Below, one piece after another: positions 35,513-43,991 of a stretch of DNA of 64,000 bases. Under the pieces are notes generated by a model. That model was not told where the DNA came from. It did no database searches and worked only from the letters and a program-made list of their open reading frames with translations. The DNA is from an uncultured Candidatus Saccharibacteria bacterium (lineage in GTDB: Bacteria; Patescibacteriota; Minisyncoccia; Phycocordibacterales; UBA2100): NCBI GenBank assembly GCA_964586255.1, contig CAZPGE010000005.1, forward strand, positions 12,775-76,774, written 5' to 3'. A program made the position numbers and the translations under genes. Numbering within the stretch: the stretch's first letter is position 1; every line of letters begins with the position of its first letter.

Positions 35513-35609
35513 GCGTAAAGCGGAAGCATGCGGTCGTCATGCCGGTGGGGTCTAGAAACCGCCGGCATGGTGCCCACAGAGGCACTGTGATCCTTGAAAG
35601 GAGAATGCA

Positions 35610-36866
35610 ATGAGACTGTTCTTTACCGCGCATGCGCACGATAGTGTCGCTTTACGCGCGCTCAAGCTGCTCGGAGGCGATGGGCACGATATCTCCGTGC
35701 TTCAGCCAGGAGCAATGGCTACGAAGAGCTCTATCGCGCTCTTCAGTGTCGAGCAGGAGGTTCGCAACAGATTTTTGCGACTCTCCCCGTACCGTATGGC
35801 GCAAGAGGGCGTCGCGGTGCCACCGTGGGCGAGCGAGACTCCGTTTGTCGTCGCCATCAGCTCGGTCAGTGCCGTGCGGTATCCCGATGGTTTTCGTAGC
35901 GCGCTGCGAGACATGGCAAAAGTCTATGGCACTTGGGAGCCGTGGATGAAACGGCCGGTCGCGCCGTGGAATCCGGCGTGGCACACAAGTGCGCACGATG
36001 GATTCGCGCAGTGGATTGGGAGGGCACGGGACGCCTTCCCGAATGAATCCTGCGCGAAGAGGCTGGGATACCGACTTGCGCCCATCTTCCCAGTCAAGGA
36101 AGAGCGGGAGATACGGAAACTTGTCGTGACCGGCTGCGCGCTCTTCAACAAGCCGCACACCGACGTCGTGGATACCATGAGCCCGGAAAAAAGGCTTGAA
36201 GTGGTGCGGGGCCTCGAATCGATTGTGTCCGACTCCGGCGTGAACGACGTACGGTTTGTTGTGCCGCGTAGCGACTTGCTCCGGAGTGAGTTCAGAGAGC
36301 ACTTTCACCCGTTCATCTTCATGGACGTCGCGGACGTGTCGGCTCATCTCGGGAGCGGTCTCGTGGGTACCGCGCGGCTGCTTGGTGCTTCACACTTTCA
36401 CGCACGCAGTGATGCGGAAGTGGCACTCGCACTCAATCGATCGGGCGATGCACTCGTGCGCGATGTCGTCGTACCGCTCGCCGAGAGCACCGGTGTCCCA
36501 ATCGTACCGGTATCGTGGTCGGATTACATCGGGAAATACGTCGTTGATGCGATGGGGATAGTCTCCAAACATCGTGCGGTAGCAGAGGAAATCTACCTCG
36601 AACGGGTAAGGACGAGGCCATCGTACGCCTCGTTGCACAGCCTGGATCCCGAGCGGGGCCTCAAGCGAACTCTATCCAACAACGTGTTCTACGTCGCAGA
36701 GGCAATGTTCCTGAGGGACAATCCTGATGTCGCCGTAGTGAACTGCGAATTCGCAGACACATTCTGGAAAGGGCTCGAAGATGTCCTCAGTCGTGAAGTC
36801 TGGGGTGACTTCAGGCCGTATATCGGAATGGTCCCGGAACCGGTGAGGCAGCCCTGGGGCTACTGA
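35610..36866 (+). CDS. Hypothetical protein (418 aa), no family recognised
   Basis: Strong RBS (gaaAGGAGAatgcaATG); followed by a bidirectional terminator. Confidence 0.55.
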   Translation: MRLFFTAHAHDSVALRALKLLGGDGHDISVLQPGAMATKSSIALFSVEQEVRNRFLRLSPYRMAQEGVAVPPWASETPFVVAISSVSAVRYPDGFRSALRDMAKVYGTWEPWMKRPVAPWNPAWHTSAHDGFAQWIGRARDAFPNESCAKRLGYRLAPIFPVKEEREIRKLVVTGCALFNKPHTDVVDTMSPEKRLEVVRGLESIVSDSGVNDVRFVVPRSDLLRSEFREHFHPFIFMDVADVSAHLGSGLVGTARLLGASHFHARSDAEVALALNRSGDALVRDVVVPLAESTGVPIVPVSWSDYIGKYVVDAMGIVSKHRAVAEEIYLERVRTRPSYASLHSLDPERGLKRTLSNNVFYVAEAMFLRDNPDVAVVNCEFADTFWKGLEDVLSREVWGDFRPYIGMVPEPVRQPWGY

Positions 36867-36867
36867 T

Positions 36868-36910
36868 CAAAAAAGCCGCGCGGAGTTATCCGCGCGGCTC
36901 AATCTTTTTG
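36868..36910. terminator. Bidirectional rho-independent terminator between convergent genes
   Basis: aaaaa AGCCGCGCGG agttat CCGCGCGGCT caatcttttt. Confidence 0.6.
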
Positions 36911-36923
36911 AGTATTCGGTGGC

Positions 36924-37979
36924 TTAGATTTTTACAGTCTCTTCCCATGGGCGACCTGCGACGCCGAAGTGACCGTACGCTGCAGTCTCCTGGAAGATGG
37001 GGCGAGTGAGCCCGAGACGCTCGATGATGGCGCGAGGACGAAAGTCGAAGTTTTTGGTGACGAGCTCGGTGAGATTTTTACCTTCACCATCGAATGCTTC
37101 TATCATCACCGGCTCGATGCGCCCGATAGCGTAGGCTACCGATACGAGTGCCTTTTTGGCATGACCGTTTGCGACGAGGCTCTTTGCGGCAAAGCGGCAC
37201 ATGTACGCTGCCGAGCGGTCTACTTTGGTCGCATCTTTGCCGGAGAATGCACCGCCGCCATGCGGCATGAGTCCGCCGTACGTGTCGACCATGATTTTGC
37301 GGCCGGTGAGCCCGGCATCTGCAGTGAATCCGCCGAGGACGAATTTGCCGGTCGGGTTGACCAAGATTTCTATGTTGGAGACATCACCAAGAATTGGTGT
37401 GAAGAGGTGTTCGATAAGTGCTGCGCGGATGTCTTCCTGCGAGACCTCTTCGGCGTGCTGAGTAGAGGTAAGTGCCGTGACTACGGTGCCGCCGTTGGTG
37501 ATGGTGACCTGTGTCTTGCCGTCGGGCTTTACCCACGGAAGCGTGCCGTCGCGTCGAAGCTTCTCGAGCCTACGTGCGAGCGCGTGCGCGAGCACCACAC
37601 CTTTGGGGAGCATCTCCGGTGTCTCGTCGGTCGCGTAGCCGTACATGATGCCCTGGTCGCCGGCGCCGCCGGTGTCGACTCCCTGCGCGATGTCAGGTGA
37701 TTGTGCCTGGATAGTGTTGAGAATCTTGAGCTCGTCGGTGTAGCCGATCTGTGTGTATACATCTCGAGCAATCTTCTCAGCATCAATCTTGGCAGCAGTC
37801 TTTATTTCGCCGCCGAGCATTAAGGTGCCGTGGCTTCCGAAGCTCTCGACGGCGACGCGCGAGGCAGGGTCCTGCGTGAGGCACGCATCGAGTATTGCAT
37901 CGGATATCTGGTCGCATACTTTGTCGGGATGACCCGATGTGACGCTCTCTGTGGTGTACCTCTCAAGTAAATGGAACAT
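36924..37979 (-). CDS. metK: S-adenosylmethionine synthetase (short form, 351 aa)
   Basis: SESVTSGHPDKVCDQISDAILDA, GAGDQG and DTYGG motifs. Confidence 0.9.
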   Translation of the reverse strand: MFHLLERYTTESVTSGHPDKVCDQISDAILDACLTQDPASRVAVESFGSHGTLMLGGEIKTAAKIDAEKIARDVYTQIGYTDELKILNTIQAQSPDIAQGVDTGGAGDQGIMYGYATDETPEMLPKGVVLAHALARRLEKLRRDGTLPWVKPDGKTQVTITNGGTVVTALTSTQHAEEVSQEDIRAALIEHLFTPILGDVSNIEILVNPTGKFVLGGFTADAGLTGRKIMVDTYGGLMPHGGGAFSGKDATKVDRSAAYMCRFAAKSLVANGHAKKALVSVAYAIGRIEPVMIEAFDGEGKNLTELVTKNFDFRPRAIIERLGLTRPIFQETAAYGHFGVAGRPWEETVKI

Positions 37980-37990
37980 GTTATATCTCT

Positions 37991-38125
37991 AAACGATTAA
38001 TCTCCCCGTAAGGGAGATTCCGCGAATGAGGCATCTTCCCGTAAGGGCTGGATGGGGCACCACGTTTTTTAGGACAGGTTGCCGGCGGGTCGTAGAGCCA
38101 GAACTCTTACCGCACTCTTGATGTA
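37991..38125 (-). promoter_or_regulatory. Candidate SAM-I-type (S-box) riboswitch plus terminator in the metK 5' leader
   Basis: Minus-strand leader ACAUCAAGAG-UGCGGUAAGAGUUCUGGCUCUACGACCCGC-CGGCAACC-...-GGUGCCCCAUCCAGCCCUUACGGGAAGAUG reproduces the SAM-I blocks AUCAAGAG / CGGCAACC / GGUGC..AUCCAGC / GAAGAUG with a CAUC/GAUG P1. It is followed by the hairpin AAUCUCCC uuac GGGGAGAUU aaucguuu, 20 nt before the ATG. Confidence 0.55.
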
Positions 38126-38218
38126 TGGGGGGAGTCACGCAATCCTAACAGTGAATATGTTTCGCGCAAGTGCAAAGCTTTCGCATCACGACGCCCTGGT
38201 GTACGCTAAGTCGGAATT

Positions 38219-39163
38219 ATGAAAAAAGTGGTCACCATAGGGGGAGGGTCCGGAAGCTATACGATCCTGCAGGGTCTCAAGGAATTCCCGCTCGATATCA
38301 CGGCGGTCGTGACCATGTTCGACTCGGGTGGCTCGTCGGGAATCTTGCGCGACGAGATGGGTATCTTGCCGCCGGGAGATGTGCGCCGTTGTCTTGTGGC
38401 GCTCTCCGACGAGACACAACAGAAAATTCTCCGTGACCTTTTCAACTTTCGTTTCGAGGAAAACGGCTCGATGAGCGGGCATAGTTTTGGCAATCTTTTT
38501 CTCGCGGCGCTCTCGTCTATTTATGGTAGTGACATCGCCGCGATACAACGTGCGTCCGAACTCCTCGATCTCAAAGGCAGGGTACTCCCGGTCTCAGTCG
38601 ACAAATCGCATCTGCACGCCGAACTCGAGGATGGCACGAAGATTGTCGGTGAGACTAACATCGACATCCCTCAGCACGACGGCAATTTACGCATAAAGAA
38701 TGTTTTCCTGGAGCCGCCAGCGCATATCTACGAGGAGACAGACGCTGCTATCCGCGAAGCCGACCTAATCGTTATCGGCCCAGGGGATTTGTATACGTCG
38801 CTCGTCCCGAACCTCCTCGTCGATGGGATGTCTGAGGCGCTCAAATCGAGGAAAGGAAAAGTCGTAGTGGTGTGCAACCTCATGACAAAGTGGGGAGAGA
38901 CCGCAGGATTCGCAGCGTCAGACTTTGTGCGGGAGCTTCTGAAATACAGTGGTCTTCCAAAATTCGACTACGTGCTCTGCAATACGGCACCGATGGATGA
39001 GAGCCTCGTAAAGGCGTATGAAGCAGAGAAAAAGCAGCCACTCATGTACGACGCTGCGCTGAGTGCGCTCGCCGATAAAGTGATTACAGGAGGGTACTTT
39101 TCGGAAGCAGACATAGCGCGCCATGATTCAGAGAAAGTGGCACGTACGATTTCGGAGCTCTAA
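38219..39163 (+). CDS. yvcK: Gluconeogenesis factor / UPF0052 (YvcK, CofD-like) family protein
   Basis: TIGGGSGSYT...MFDSGGSSG and the 2-phospho-L-lactate-transferase-like fold signature. Confidence 0.85.
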   Translation: MKKVVTIGGGSGSYTILQGLKEFPLDITAVVTMFDSGGSSGILRDEMGILPPGDVRRCLVALSDETQQKILRDLFNFRFEENGSMSGHSFGNLFLAALSSIYGSDIAAIQRASELLDLKGRVLPVSVDKSHLHAELEDGTKIVGETNIDIPQHDGNLRIKNVFLEPPAHIYEETDAAIREADLIVIGPGDLYTSLVPNLLVDGMSEALKSRKGKVVVVCNLMTKWGETAGFAASDFVRELLKYSGLPKFDYVLCNTAPMDESLVKAYEAEKKQPLMYDAALSALADKVITGGYFSEADIARHDSEKVARTISEL

Positions 39164-39216
39164 GTAAGATTTAGGTGCACCTTTCGTCTTGGGTGTATAC
39201 GACGTAGAATGCACAT

Positions 39217-39696
39217 ATGAAATCTAATGCTTTTTGGGGCATCGCTTTACTCATCCTTATTATTGCAGGTGTGGCGGTATGGGCGTTTGTGGGTGAGCCG
39301 GTACTCGCTCCTACAGTCGCGACCTCGACTCCGCAGCAAAACGGTGGAGATACTTCGCAGTCGACTGTCGATCAGCTCAAGGCTCGTGTCGTCATCGATG
39401 CGCCGAAATCAGGCGCACAGGTGCCGAAGACCTTTACGGTGACGGGCAAGGCGCCAGGACCTTGGTACTTTGAGGCATCTTTCGGAATAGAGGTACGCGG
39501 TGCCGGCGACGAGCTCCTCGTGCAGACTTATGCATCGGCGCTCAGTGATTGGATGACGATAGACGACGTCCCATTTAAGGCTGATATAACAGTGCCAAAT
39601 TATTCAGGACCGGCGACGCTCGTCCTTAAGCGCGACAATCCATCGGGCCTCCCGGAAAATGATGCGTCGGTCTCGATACCGATAGTGATTCAATAG
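39217..39696 (+). CDS. Secreted Ig-like (Gmad2/GerMN-like) domain protein
   Basis: Signal anchor, then a beta-rich domain; TAGAAT 6 nt upstream. Confidence 0.5.
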   Translation: MKSNAFWGIALLILIIAGVAVWAFVGEPVLAPTVATSTPQQNGGDTSQSTVDQLKARVVIDAPKSGAQVPKTFTVTGKAPGPWYFEASFGIEVRGAGDELLVQTYASALSDWMTIDDVPFKADITVPNYSGPATLVLKRDNPSGLPENDASVSIPIVIQ

Positions 39697-39711
39697 CAAT
39701 CTAAAAAATGT

Positions 39712-39752
39712 GCGACCCGCGCCCCTCTTGTGGGGCGCGGGTCCTTTGTGCG
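39712..39752. terminator. Bidirectional rho-independent terminator
   Basis: aaaaaa...GACCCGCGCCCC tcttgt GGGGCGCGGGTC ctttgtg. Confidence 0.6.
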
Positions 39753-39761
39753 CACATGGCG

Positions 39762-39938
39762 CTACTTGTTCTGCCAGTCGTGGTCGTGCGTGTTGATGCC
39801 TGCGTGACCGACCGTGTCCGACCTCAACGGCTTACCGGTGTGATCGATGATGATCACCTGCTGCTCACACCGCGGACGTTCGTCCGTGGGCTTCGTGCCG
39901 ACCTGCTGAGGCGGCACATGCTTGCGTTCCGTGTCCAT
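39762..39938 (-). CDS. Small hypothetical protein (58 aa) with strong RBS
   Basis: Minus strand: GGGAGGAAGucaucAUG...MDTERKHVPPQQVGTKPTDERPRCEQQVIIIDHTGKPLRSDTVGHAGINTHDHDWQNK; it ends at the bidirectional terminator. The overlapping + strand ORF 39708..40082 looks spurious. Confidence 0.45.
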   Translation of the reverse strand: MDTERKHVPPQQVGTKPTDERPRCEQQVIIIDHTGKPLRSDTVGHAGINTHDHDWQNK

Positions 39939-39999
39939 GATGACTTCCTCCCTGCTGCAAAGTTTATAACCATTTGGTGCTGCGTGCTAGCATGCCACC

Positions 40000-40677
40000 A
40001 TGGTGAAAACGACAGAGAGAAAAGCGCGCGCGAAGCGCATGGTGGCGTACCTCAAAAAGGCCTACCCCAAACCAGAAACTGAGCTTCACTACAAAACGCC
40101 TTTCCAGCTGGTCGTGGCGGTGATGCTCTCCGCACAGTGCACAGACAAGGCCGTCAACAAAGTGACGGATGTGATTTTCAAGAAGTACAAAGGCCCCAAA
40201 GATTTTGCAGGAGCCAATCTCAAGACTCTGACCAAGGAAATTTCTTCACTCTCGTTTTTTCGCAACAAAGCAAAAGCAGTGATTGCAGCAGCAAAGATTA
40301 TAGAGAAGAGTCCGCCGGCCGGCGGATTCGGTGGGAAGGTGCCGCGCACCGTGGGAGAGCTTACGCGACTCCCCGGCGTCGCATATAAGACGGCCAATGT
40401 GGTGCTCGGTGAGCTCTATGAGATATGGGAGGGGATACCGACGGATACACACGTGAAGCGTTTTGCACATCGCTTCGACCTAGTCGACAGTACCGACCTC
40501 ACCAAGATTTCTAAGGAGCTCGAAGCGCTCGTACCAAAGAAAGATTGGATGTATGTAAACAACGGACTCGTCTTGTATGGCAGGTATGTGTGCACCGCTC
40601 GCCCGCATGCATGCGAGGAGCATCCGCTGACGAAGCTGTGGCCCGAAGCCGCAGGTAAGTGGCCAAAAGCGAAATAG
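40000..40677 (+). CDS. nth: Endonuclease-III-family HhH-GPD DNA glycosylase lacking the 4Fe-4S cysteine cluster
   Basis: HhH-GPD core ...LTRLPGVAYKTANVVL... and a Lys/Asp catalytic region; the C-terminus has only C-x6-C (CTARPHAC) instead of C-x6-C-x2-C-x5-C. Confidence 0.75.
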   Translation: MVKTTERKARAKRMVAYLKKAYPKPETELHYKTPFQLVVAVMLSAQCTDKAVNKVTDVIFKKYKGPKDFAGANLKTLTKEISSLSFFRNKAKAVIAAAKIIEKSPPAGGFGGKVPRTVGELTRLPGVAYKTANVVLGELYEIWEGIPTDTHVKRFAHRFDLVDSTDLTKISKELEALVPKKDWMYVNNGLVLYGRYVCTARPHACEEHPLTKLWPEAAGKWPKAK

Positions 40678-41586
40678 CTATCGGTTGAGTGACGCGTCTT
40701 CAATCATCCAGGTCACAAGCTGAGAAAATGAGAGTCCCGCATGCGCCGCGAGTTCAGGGACGAGGGAAGTCGGTGTCATGCCCGGCTGCGTATTGGTCTC
40801 AAGACACACGAGCTCGCCGGTCGCATCGTCATATCGGAAATCGCTCCGGCTCACGCCGCGGCAACCGAGTGCTTGGTGGGCTTTGAGAGCAAGCTCTTGT
40901 ACGCGTGCGTATACATCTTTAGGCAAAGGAGCGGGGAGCAGATGCTTTGAACCGCCAGGTGCGTACTTTGCGGTGTAGTCATAAAAAGGGAGGTCGGAGG
41001 TGATTTCAATAACGTCGAGTGCGCGGTCTCCCATGACGGCGCATGTGAGCTCTTTGCCTGCCACGTATTTTTCCACGAGCACATGTTCGCCGAAAGCCCA
41101 GTCGTCTGCGGCGAGCTCCTTGAGCGGAGACTGTGCATCGTCTCGTACAATATAGACACCGACACTCGAGCCGTTGGCTATCGGTTTGACGACGTACGGA
41201 GGCTTCATGGGATGTGCGGACGCTGCGTCTTTCCTATCGACAGAGCGACCGTCCGCTACAGGTATGCCGGCCCGCTGAAAGATGTCTCGTGCCTTCTCTT
41301 TGTTCATGGCGAGTGCTGAGGTAAGAACGCCGGAGTGAGAATAGGGGATTTGCATGATTTCCAAAAGACCCTGTACGCACCCGTCCTCCCCATACGGGCC
41401 ATGCAGCATATTGAGTGCCACATCAGGCTGTATCTCCACAAGTTTTTGAGCGAGCGCACGATCGACATCGATGCCGGTCACTTTGTAGTCGGAATCTCTC
41501 AGCGCATCGATGCTCGCCGCACCAGAACGAAGACTCACTTCGCGTTCCGCAGACCATCCGCCCATCAACACCGCTACATGCTTCAT
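40678..41586 (-). CDS. ddl: D-alanine--D-alanine ligase
   Basis: VLMGGWSAEREVSLRSG...HGPYGEDG...ATP-grasp motifs...ETNTQPGMT. Confidence 0.9.
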   Translation of the reverse strand: MKHVAVLMGGWSAEREVSLRSGAASIDALRDSDYKVTGIDVDRALAQKLVEIQPDVALNMLHGPYGEDGCVQGLLEIMQIPYSHSGVLTSALAMNKEKARDIFQRAGIPVADGRSVDRKDAASAHPMKPPYVVKPIANGSSVGVYIVRDDAQSPLKELAADDWAFGEHVLVEKYVAGKELTCAVMGDRALDVIEITSDLPFYDYTAKYAPGGSKHLLPAPLPKDVYARVQELALKAHQALGCRGVSRSDFRYDDATGELVCLETNTQPGMTPTSLVPELAAHAGLSFSQLVTWMIEDASLNR

Positions 41587-41607
41587 GACTCCAGAATACC
41601 ACCAAAT

Positions 41608-41640
41608 GAAAAGGGCGGCTCGATGGCCGCCCCCTTGAAC
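41608..41640 (-). terminator. Rho-independent terminator (minus strand)
   Basis: Minus strand: GGGGGCGGCC aucga GCCGCCC uuuucauuugg. Confidence 0.5.
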
Positions 41641-41653
41641 TTTTCTTGCTGAC

Positions 41654-41818
41654 CTACGACTGCTGCGCTTTCGGCCGCATTTCGTTGGCGTGTCCAGGCT
41701 CGTTCGAGTACTGCCTCGCGTTCTTCTCGGCTTCGCACTTGAGGCAGACGTCGAGCTGACCTCGCTTGATGCAGTGACAATTGTGCCTGGGACAGATGAC
41801 CTCGGACTTCTGCGTCAT
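41654..41818 (-). CDS. Small Cys-rich (zinc-ribbon-like) protein, 54 aa, translationally coupled (ATGA) to the upstream gene
   Basis: MTQKSEVICPRHNCHCIKRGQLDVCLKCEAEKNARQYSNEPGHANEMRPKAQQS; a terminator follows directly. Confidence 0.35.
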   Translation of the reverse strand: MTQKSEVICPRHNCHCIKRGQLDVCLKCEAEKNARQYSNEPGHANEMRPKAQQS

Positions 41819-42192
41819 GCCGCTTTCCAGATCTCGTCAGCAGCCGACGGCGTCGAGATGATTTCGCGCGCCACGTCGTGCACGGACTTCTTGCAGGACG
41901 AGGCACGATGTCCGAGCAGGTAGAACATGAACAGCTCGACCATTCCGGGATCGGCCGGACCGGGTTTCGGTGTGGCGTCCGGCGGCGAGCACTTCCGCTT
42001 GACCCAATCGAAGAACTCGTTCCGCCGATGTCCAGGAATCACCTTCAGCACCTCGCGGCTCAGCCGGGCGCGCTCTGCCCCGTGGATGTCGCCGTACGCG
42101 GCTTCGAGCTCCCTTGGGGAGCATGTGCCCCCTTTGGGGAGCTTGAGTGCCGCACGATGTTCAGTCCTGATGTTCTCGATTCTTCCGCACAT
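41815..42192 (-). CDS. Hypothetical protein (125 aa)
   Basis: Good RBS (ACGGAGGcgauacgcAUG); no family recognised. Confidence 0.45.
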   Translation of the reverse strand: MCGRIENIRTEHRAALKLPKGGTCSPRELEAAYGDIHGAERARLSREVLKVIPGHRRNEFFDWVKRKCSPPDATPKPGPADPGMVELFMFYLLGHRASSCKKSVHDVAREIISTPSAADEIWKAA

Positions 42193-42311
42193 GCGTATCG
42201 CCTCCGTTGTTTCCTCAGTCCGGTTTGCCCATCTGGTGCACCTTGACTCTGTCCACTCTAATGGTCTGGAGGCATTCTCGCAAGTCCGCCGCTTTGGGGT
42301 AGGATGGGGAT

Positions 42312-43001
42312 ATGAAAGAGCGGCGTGTAGCGGTGTTTGATGTAGATGGGACTATCTTCCGCTCGAGCCTCCTTATACAGCTTGTCGAGAAGCTCATAGC
42401 GCGCGGGGCATTCCCCGAGGACGCTCAAAAAGTGTACGAGAAGGAGCAGCTTAAGTGGCTCGACAGGGAAGGTGATTATCAGGAGTATATCGAAGCCGTT
42501 GTGAGAGCATTTCGCACGCACCTCAAGGGTGTGCACTATGGAGACTTGGCCGACGCGGCAAAAGAAATGGTCGATACGCAATGGAAACGCACGTATCGGT
42601 ACACACGCGACCTCATAAAGGAGTTGAAGGAAAAAGATTACTTTCTCCTCGCAGTGTCGCACTCTCCAAAGACGGTGCTCGATAAGTTCTGCCCGAAAAT
42701 TGGATTCGATAAATCCTACGGTATCGTCTACGAGATTGGGCCTCAGGATCTTTTTACGGGCGTTATTCTGGATGAACACTTGATATACAACAAGGCCAAT
42801 GTGCTGAAGCGCGCGATAGAAAAAGAGGGTCTTACACTCACACACTCCATCGGTGTGGGGGATACCGAATCCGACATCTCTTTCCTCGAAATGGTCGCGA
42901 AGCCGATATGTTTCAATCCGAATGCCAAGCTTCTTCGAGAGGCAAAGCGACAGAAATGGGATGTGGTGGTAGAGAGGAAAGACGTCGTTTACAAGCTGTA
43001 G
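42312..43001 (+). CDS. HAD-IB family hydrolase (phosphoserine-phosphatase-like)
   Basis: AVFDVDGTI motif I, ...SHSP..., GDTESD motif IV. Confidence 0.75.
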   Translation: MKERRVAVFDVDGTIFRSSLLIQLVEKLIARGAFPEDAQKVYEKEQLKWLDREGDYQEYIEAVVRAFRTHLKGVHYGDLADAAKEMVDTQWKRTYRYTRDLIKELKEKDYFLLAVSHSPKTVLDKFCPKIGFDKSYGIVYEIGPQDLFTGVILDEHLIYNKANVLKRAIEKEGLTLTHSIGVGDTESDISFLEMVAKPICFNPNAKLLREAKRQKWDVVVERKDVVYKL

Positions 43002-43031
43002 TCAAGCGGTCACTCTTGGTATACTTCGTAC

Positions 43032-43259
43032 ATGAAAACACTCAAACGCATCCCGCAAAAAGGTATTGTCGCCGGCGTGATTGCCGGATTTGCCGAGTAC
43101 TTCCTTATCGACGTGACTGTGCTCCGCGTGCTCTTTGTCTTCTTTGTACTCTGCACGGGACTTTTCCCGGGTGTCATCGGGTACTTCATAGCGATACTCA
43201 TCATGCCAGTGGAGGCACCGGTCGTTCACGAGCATAAAGAGGCCGCTCCAAGCGCGTAG
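43032..43259 (+). CDS. PspC-domain membrane protein
   Basis: LKRIPQKGIVAGVIAGFAEYFLIDVTVLRVLFV; TGGTATACT 6 nt upstream. Confidence 0.7.
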   Translation: MKTLKRIPQKGIVAGVIAGFAEYFLIDVTVLRVLFVFFVLCTGLFPGVIGYFIAILIMPVEAPVVHEHKEAAPSA

Positions 43260-43262
43260 AAA

Positions 43263-43991
43263 TTGACCATGAAATACATGGCCGTCGCGGTCGCGCTCGT
43301 TCTTGCAGCGTACGCGGTGTACGAGTACGCCCGCATATCTAGACTCATAGAGACGAGTCGTCAGCTCGTCAAAGAGGCGAGACCATTCTCTCGTGAAGAG
43401 GGAAAGATTCATATTCTGGTTGTCGGTGATAGCACGGCCGTCGGAGTGGGTTCGAATGCTGAAAGCACTGTCGCAGGAAGGCTCTCCAGAGCTCTGGATG
43501 CCTCCGTTGAAAACTATGCGGTGAGCGGTGCGAGGACGCGAGATATAGGTACGCAATTTGCGCTCAAGCAGCGCACAGAGTACGACATGGTGCTCATACA
43601 TATAGGTGCCAATGACATCATTCGCTTCTCCGCTCTTGAGAAGCTCCGTGATGATATATCTCTTGTGCTCAAAGATGCGAAAGGCGTTTCGGATAGAGTG
43701 GTGCTTCTCACCGCGGGAAGAGTAGGGGACGCGCCATTCTTTCCGCGTGCGCTCGGATGGCTGTGGAATTACCGCTCATCTCAGGTCCGAAGTCACTTCA
43801 AGGCATCCGCGGAAAAGTATGAGATAGCGTATGTCGACTTGTATGAAGCAAAAGACCCCTTTAGCTCGAATCCGACTCGTTTTTATGCACCGGACGGTCT
43901 CCATCTCACCGATGATGGATATGAATTTTGGTACGAGGAGGTGGCGAAGGTCATAGAGACGACGTGGCCGGGCAATCTCTATGACCAGTAA
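43263..43991 (+). CDS. SGNH/GDSL-family hydrolase, membrane-anchored
   Basis: GDSTAVG (block I) and DGLHLT (block V, DxxH). Confidence 0.75.
   Translation: MTMKYMAVAVALVLAAYAVYEYARISRLIETSRQLVKEARPFSREEGKIHILVVGDSTAVGVGSNAESTVAGRLSRALDASVENYAVSGARTRDIGTQFALKQRTEYDMVLIHIGANDIIRFSALEKLRDDISLVLKDAKGVSDRVVLLTAGRVGDAPFFPRALGWLWNYRSSQVRSHFKASAEKYEIAYVDLYEAKDPFSSNPTRFYAPDGLHLTDDGYEFWYEEVAKVIETTWPGNLYDQ

Noticed and set aside
39708-40082. 124-aa + strand ORF overlapping the terminator and the nth start
   Set aside because: It begins inside a terminator hairpin and is Cys/Arg-rich with an odd composition. The opposite-strand 58-aa ORF with a strong RBS is preferred.
41583-41906. 107-aa minus-strand ORF overlapping the ddl start
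   Set aside because: Arg/Ser-rich low-complexity translation. An alternative coupled pair (41815..42192 and 41654..41818) with RBS and terminator explains the region better.
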